A stretch of DNA of 64,000 nucleotides from Ascidiella aspersa (lineage: Eukaryota): assembly GCA_963924565.1 (NCBI GenBank), contig OZ004614.1, forward strand, positions 10,354,001 to 10,418,000, given 5' to 3'. Below are positions 63,164 to 64,000 of this stretch, piece after piece (the stretch's first letter is position 1; each line of letters starts with the position of its first letter). Under the pieces are notes generated by a model, which saw nothing but the letters and a program-made list of their open reading frames with translations, was not told where the DNA came from and did no database searches. The position numbers were made by a program, and so were the translations under genes.

Positions 63164-64000
63164 GACTAAACCAATGCTTCCCAACCTTTTTCAGTTCGCG
63201 ACCCAGTTTTAATGCAAGTTTTACTGTGAGATATGACCAAACAAACGATAATATATATTTGTCATATTGTTGCATAAATGTTGCGTTTCGCGATCCAATA
63301 AAAAAACTGTAACATTTAGAAATCCTTCGCGAACTATACCTGAAATGGCTTTGGTTAAGTAGCACTAAACTAAACTATCAGGAGTAAAAACATATAACAA
63401 TTGTTTTCATTTTTTCAACGAAGTGGAAAGGTATATTAACACGCTCGAAACCCATAACATTGCAAATTTATCGGTTATCTTGGCAGTTGTATTGAAAAAT
63501 AAATTAGGCAAAAACTACACGGCACCAATGTCAAGTTTTATCTTTCATATGTTATTAAGAGCCTTCTGTTCGTTAATCAGCTATTGGAAGGGGGTCAAAT
63601 TTTCAGGACCCTGACCGGCTTCAGCATTTTTGAAAGTCTACAAAACCGCAAAACATGTAGATTAAAATTTTTTGGGCGGCTTCGGCGCGCTTTAGTATAA
63701 ATCGCTCCTTTTTCTCTTGGCTGCCTAGGATATTTGCTGGTGTTGTCTATTGTCGATCGACATATGTTAACAAATTTTGTTATCAATCACCACTGACTTT
63801 AATAGGGCGGGGTAATAATTAAGCTCTGTTTGTTGAAAAATGCCGTATATAACAATCCACAGTGGTCGAAAGACATCGTTAAGAACAAATGCCACAAAAC
63901 AATCACTTTCTCCCGAAGTGCCACTGTTTGCGCTACAAGTGAACGGGGCCCCTGAAGAATGTGCAACTATTTGCCCGAGAAAGCGTGCGTGTGAGATTAA

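Noticed and set aside
59300-64000. Short ORFs upstream of the mucin
   Set aside because: No exon-like composition or motifs, and several overlap repeats.

Overview
Eukaryotic, intron-rich, AT-rich DNA with little CpG depletion, probably from an invertebrate chordate such as a tunicate (inferred, not proven). By reading splice sites and checking phases by hand I assembled two minus-strand genes. (1) A complete gel-forming mucin/VWF-family gene at 14192-58773, with 54 phase-compatible coding exons and about 3,950 aa. Its order is: signal peptide, RRRR, (QS)n, 4 EGF, FN2, chitin-binding CBM14, EGF, D1-D2-D'D3, a PTS of only about 40 aa, D4, a duplicated VWC block, cystine knot (CK), then about 1,090 more residues. 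Those extra residues are about 20 x 33-aa Thr-rich repeats each containing EEESGSGE (a GAG-attachment-like motif), a CysD/WxxW domain, and a Cys-free Gln-rich helical tail with more (QS)n runs. An internal CK followed by a proteoglycan-like array and a Q-rich tail is the most unusual feature here. (2) The 5' part of a DCDC2-like doublecortin gene (exons 8708-8875, 7782-7924, 1659-1713) that runs off the left edge and has a consensus RFX X-box in its intron. The introns carry hAT and Harbinger MITEs, plus several palindromic repeat families whose arms contain minimal hammerhead-ribozyme cores of the Penelope-element type.
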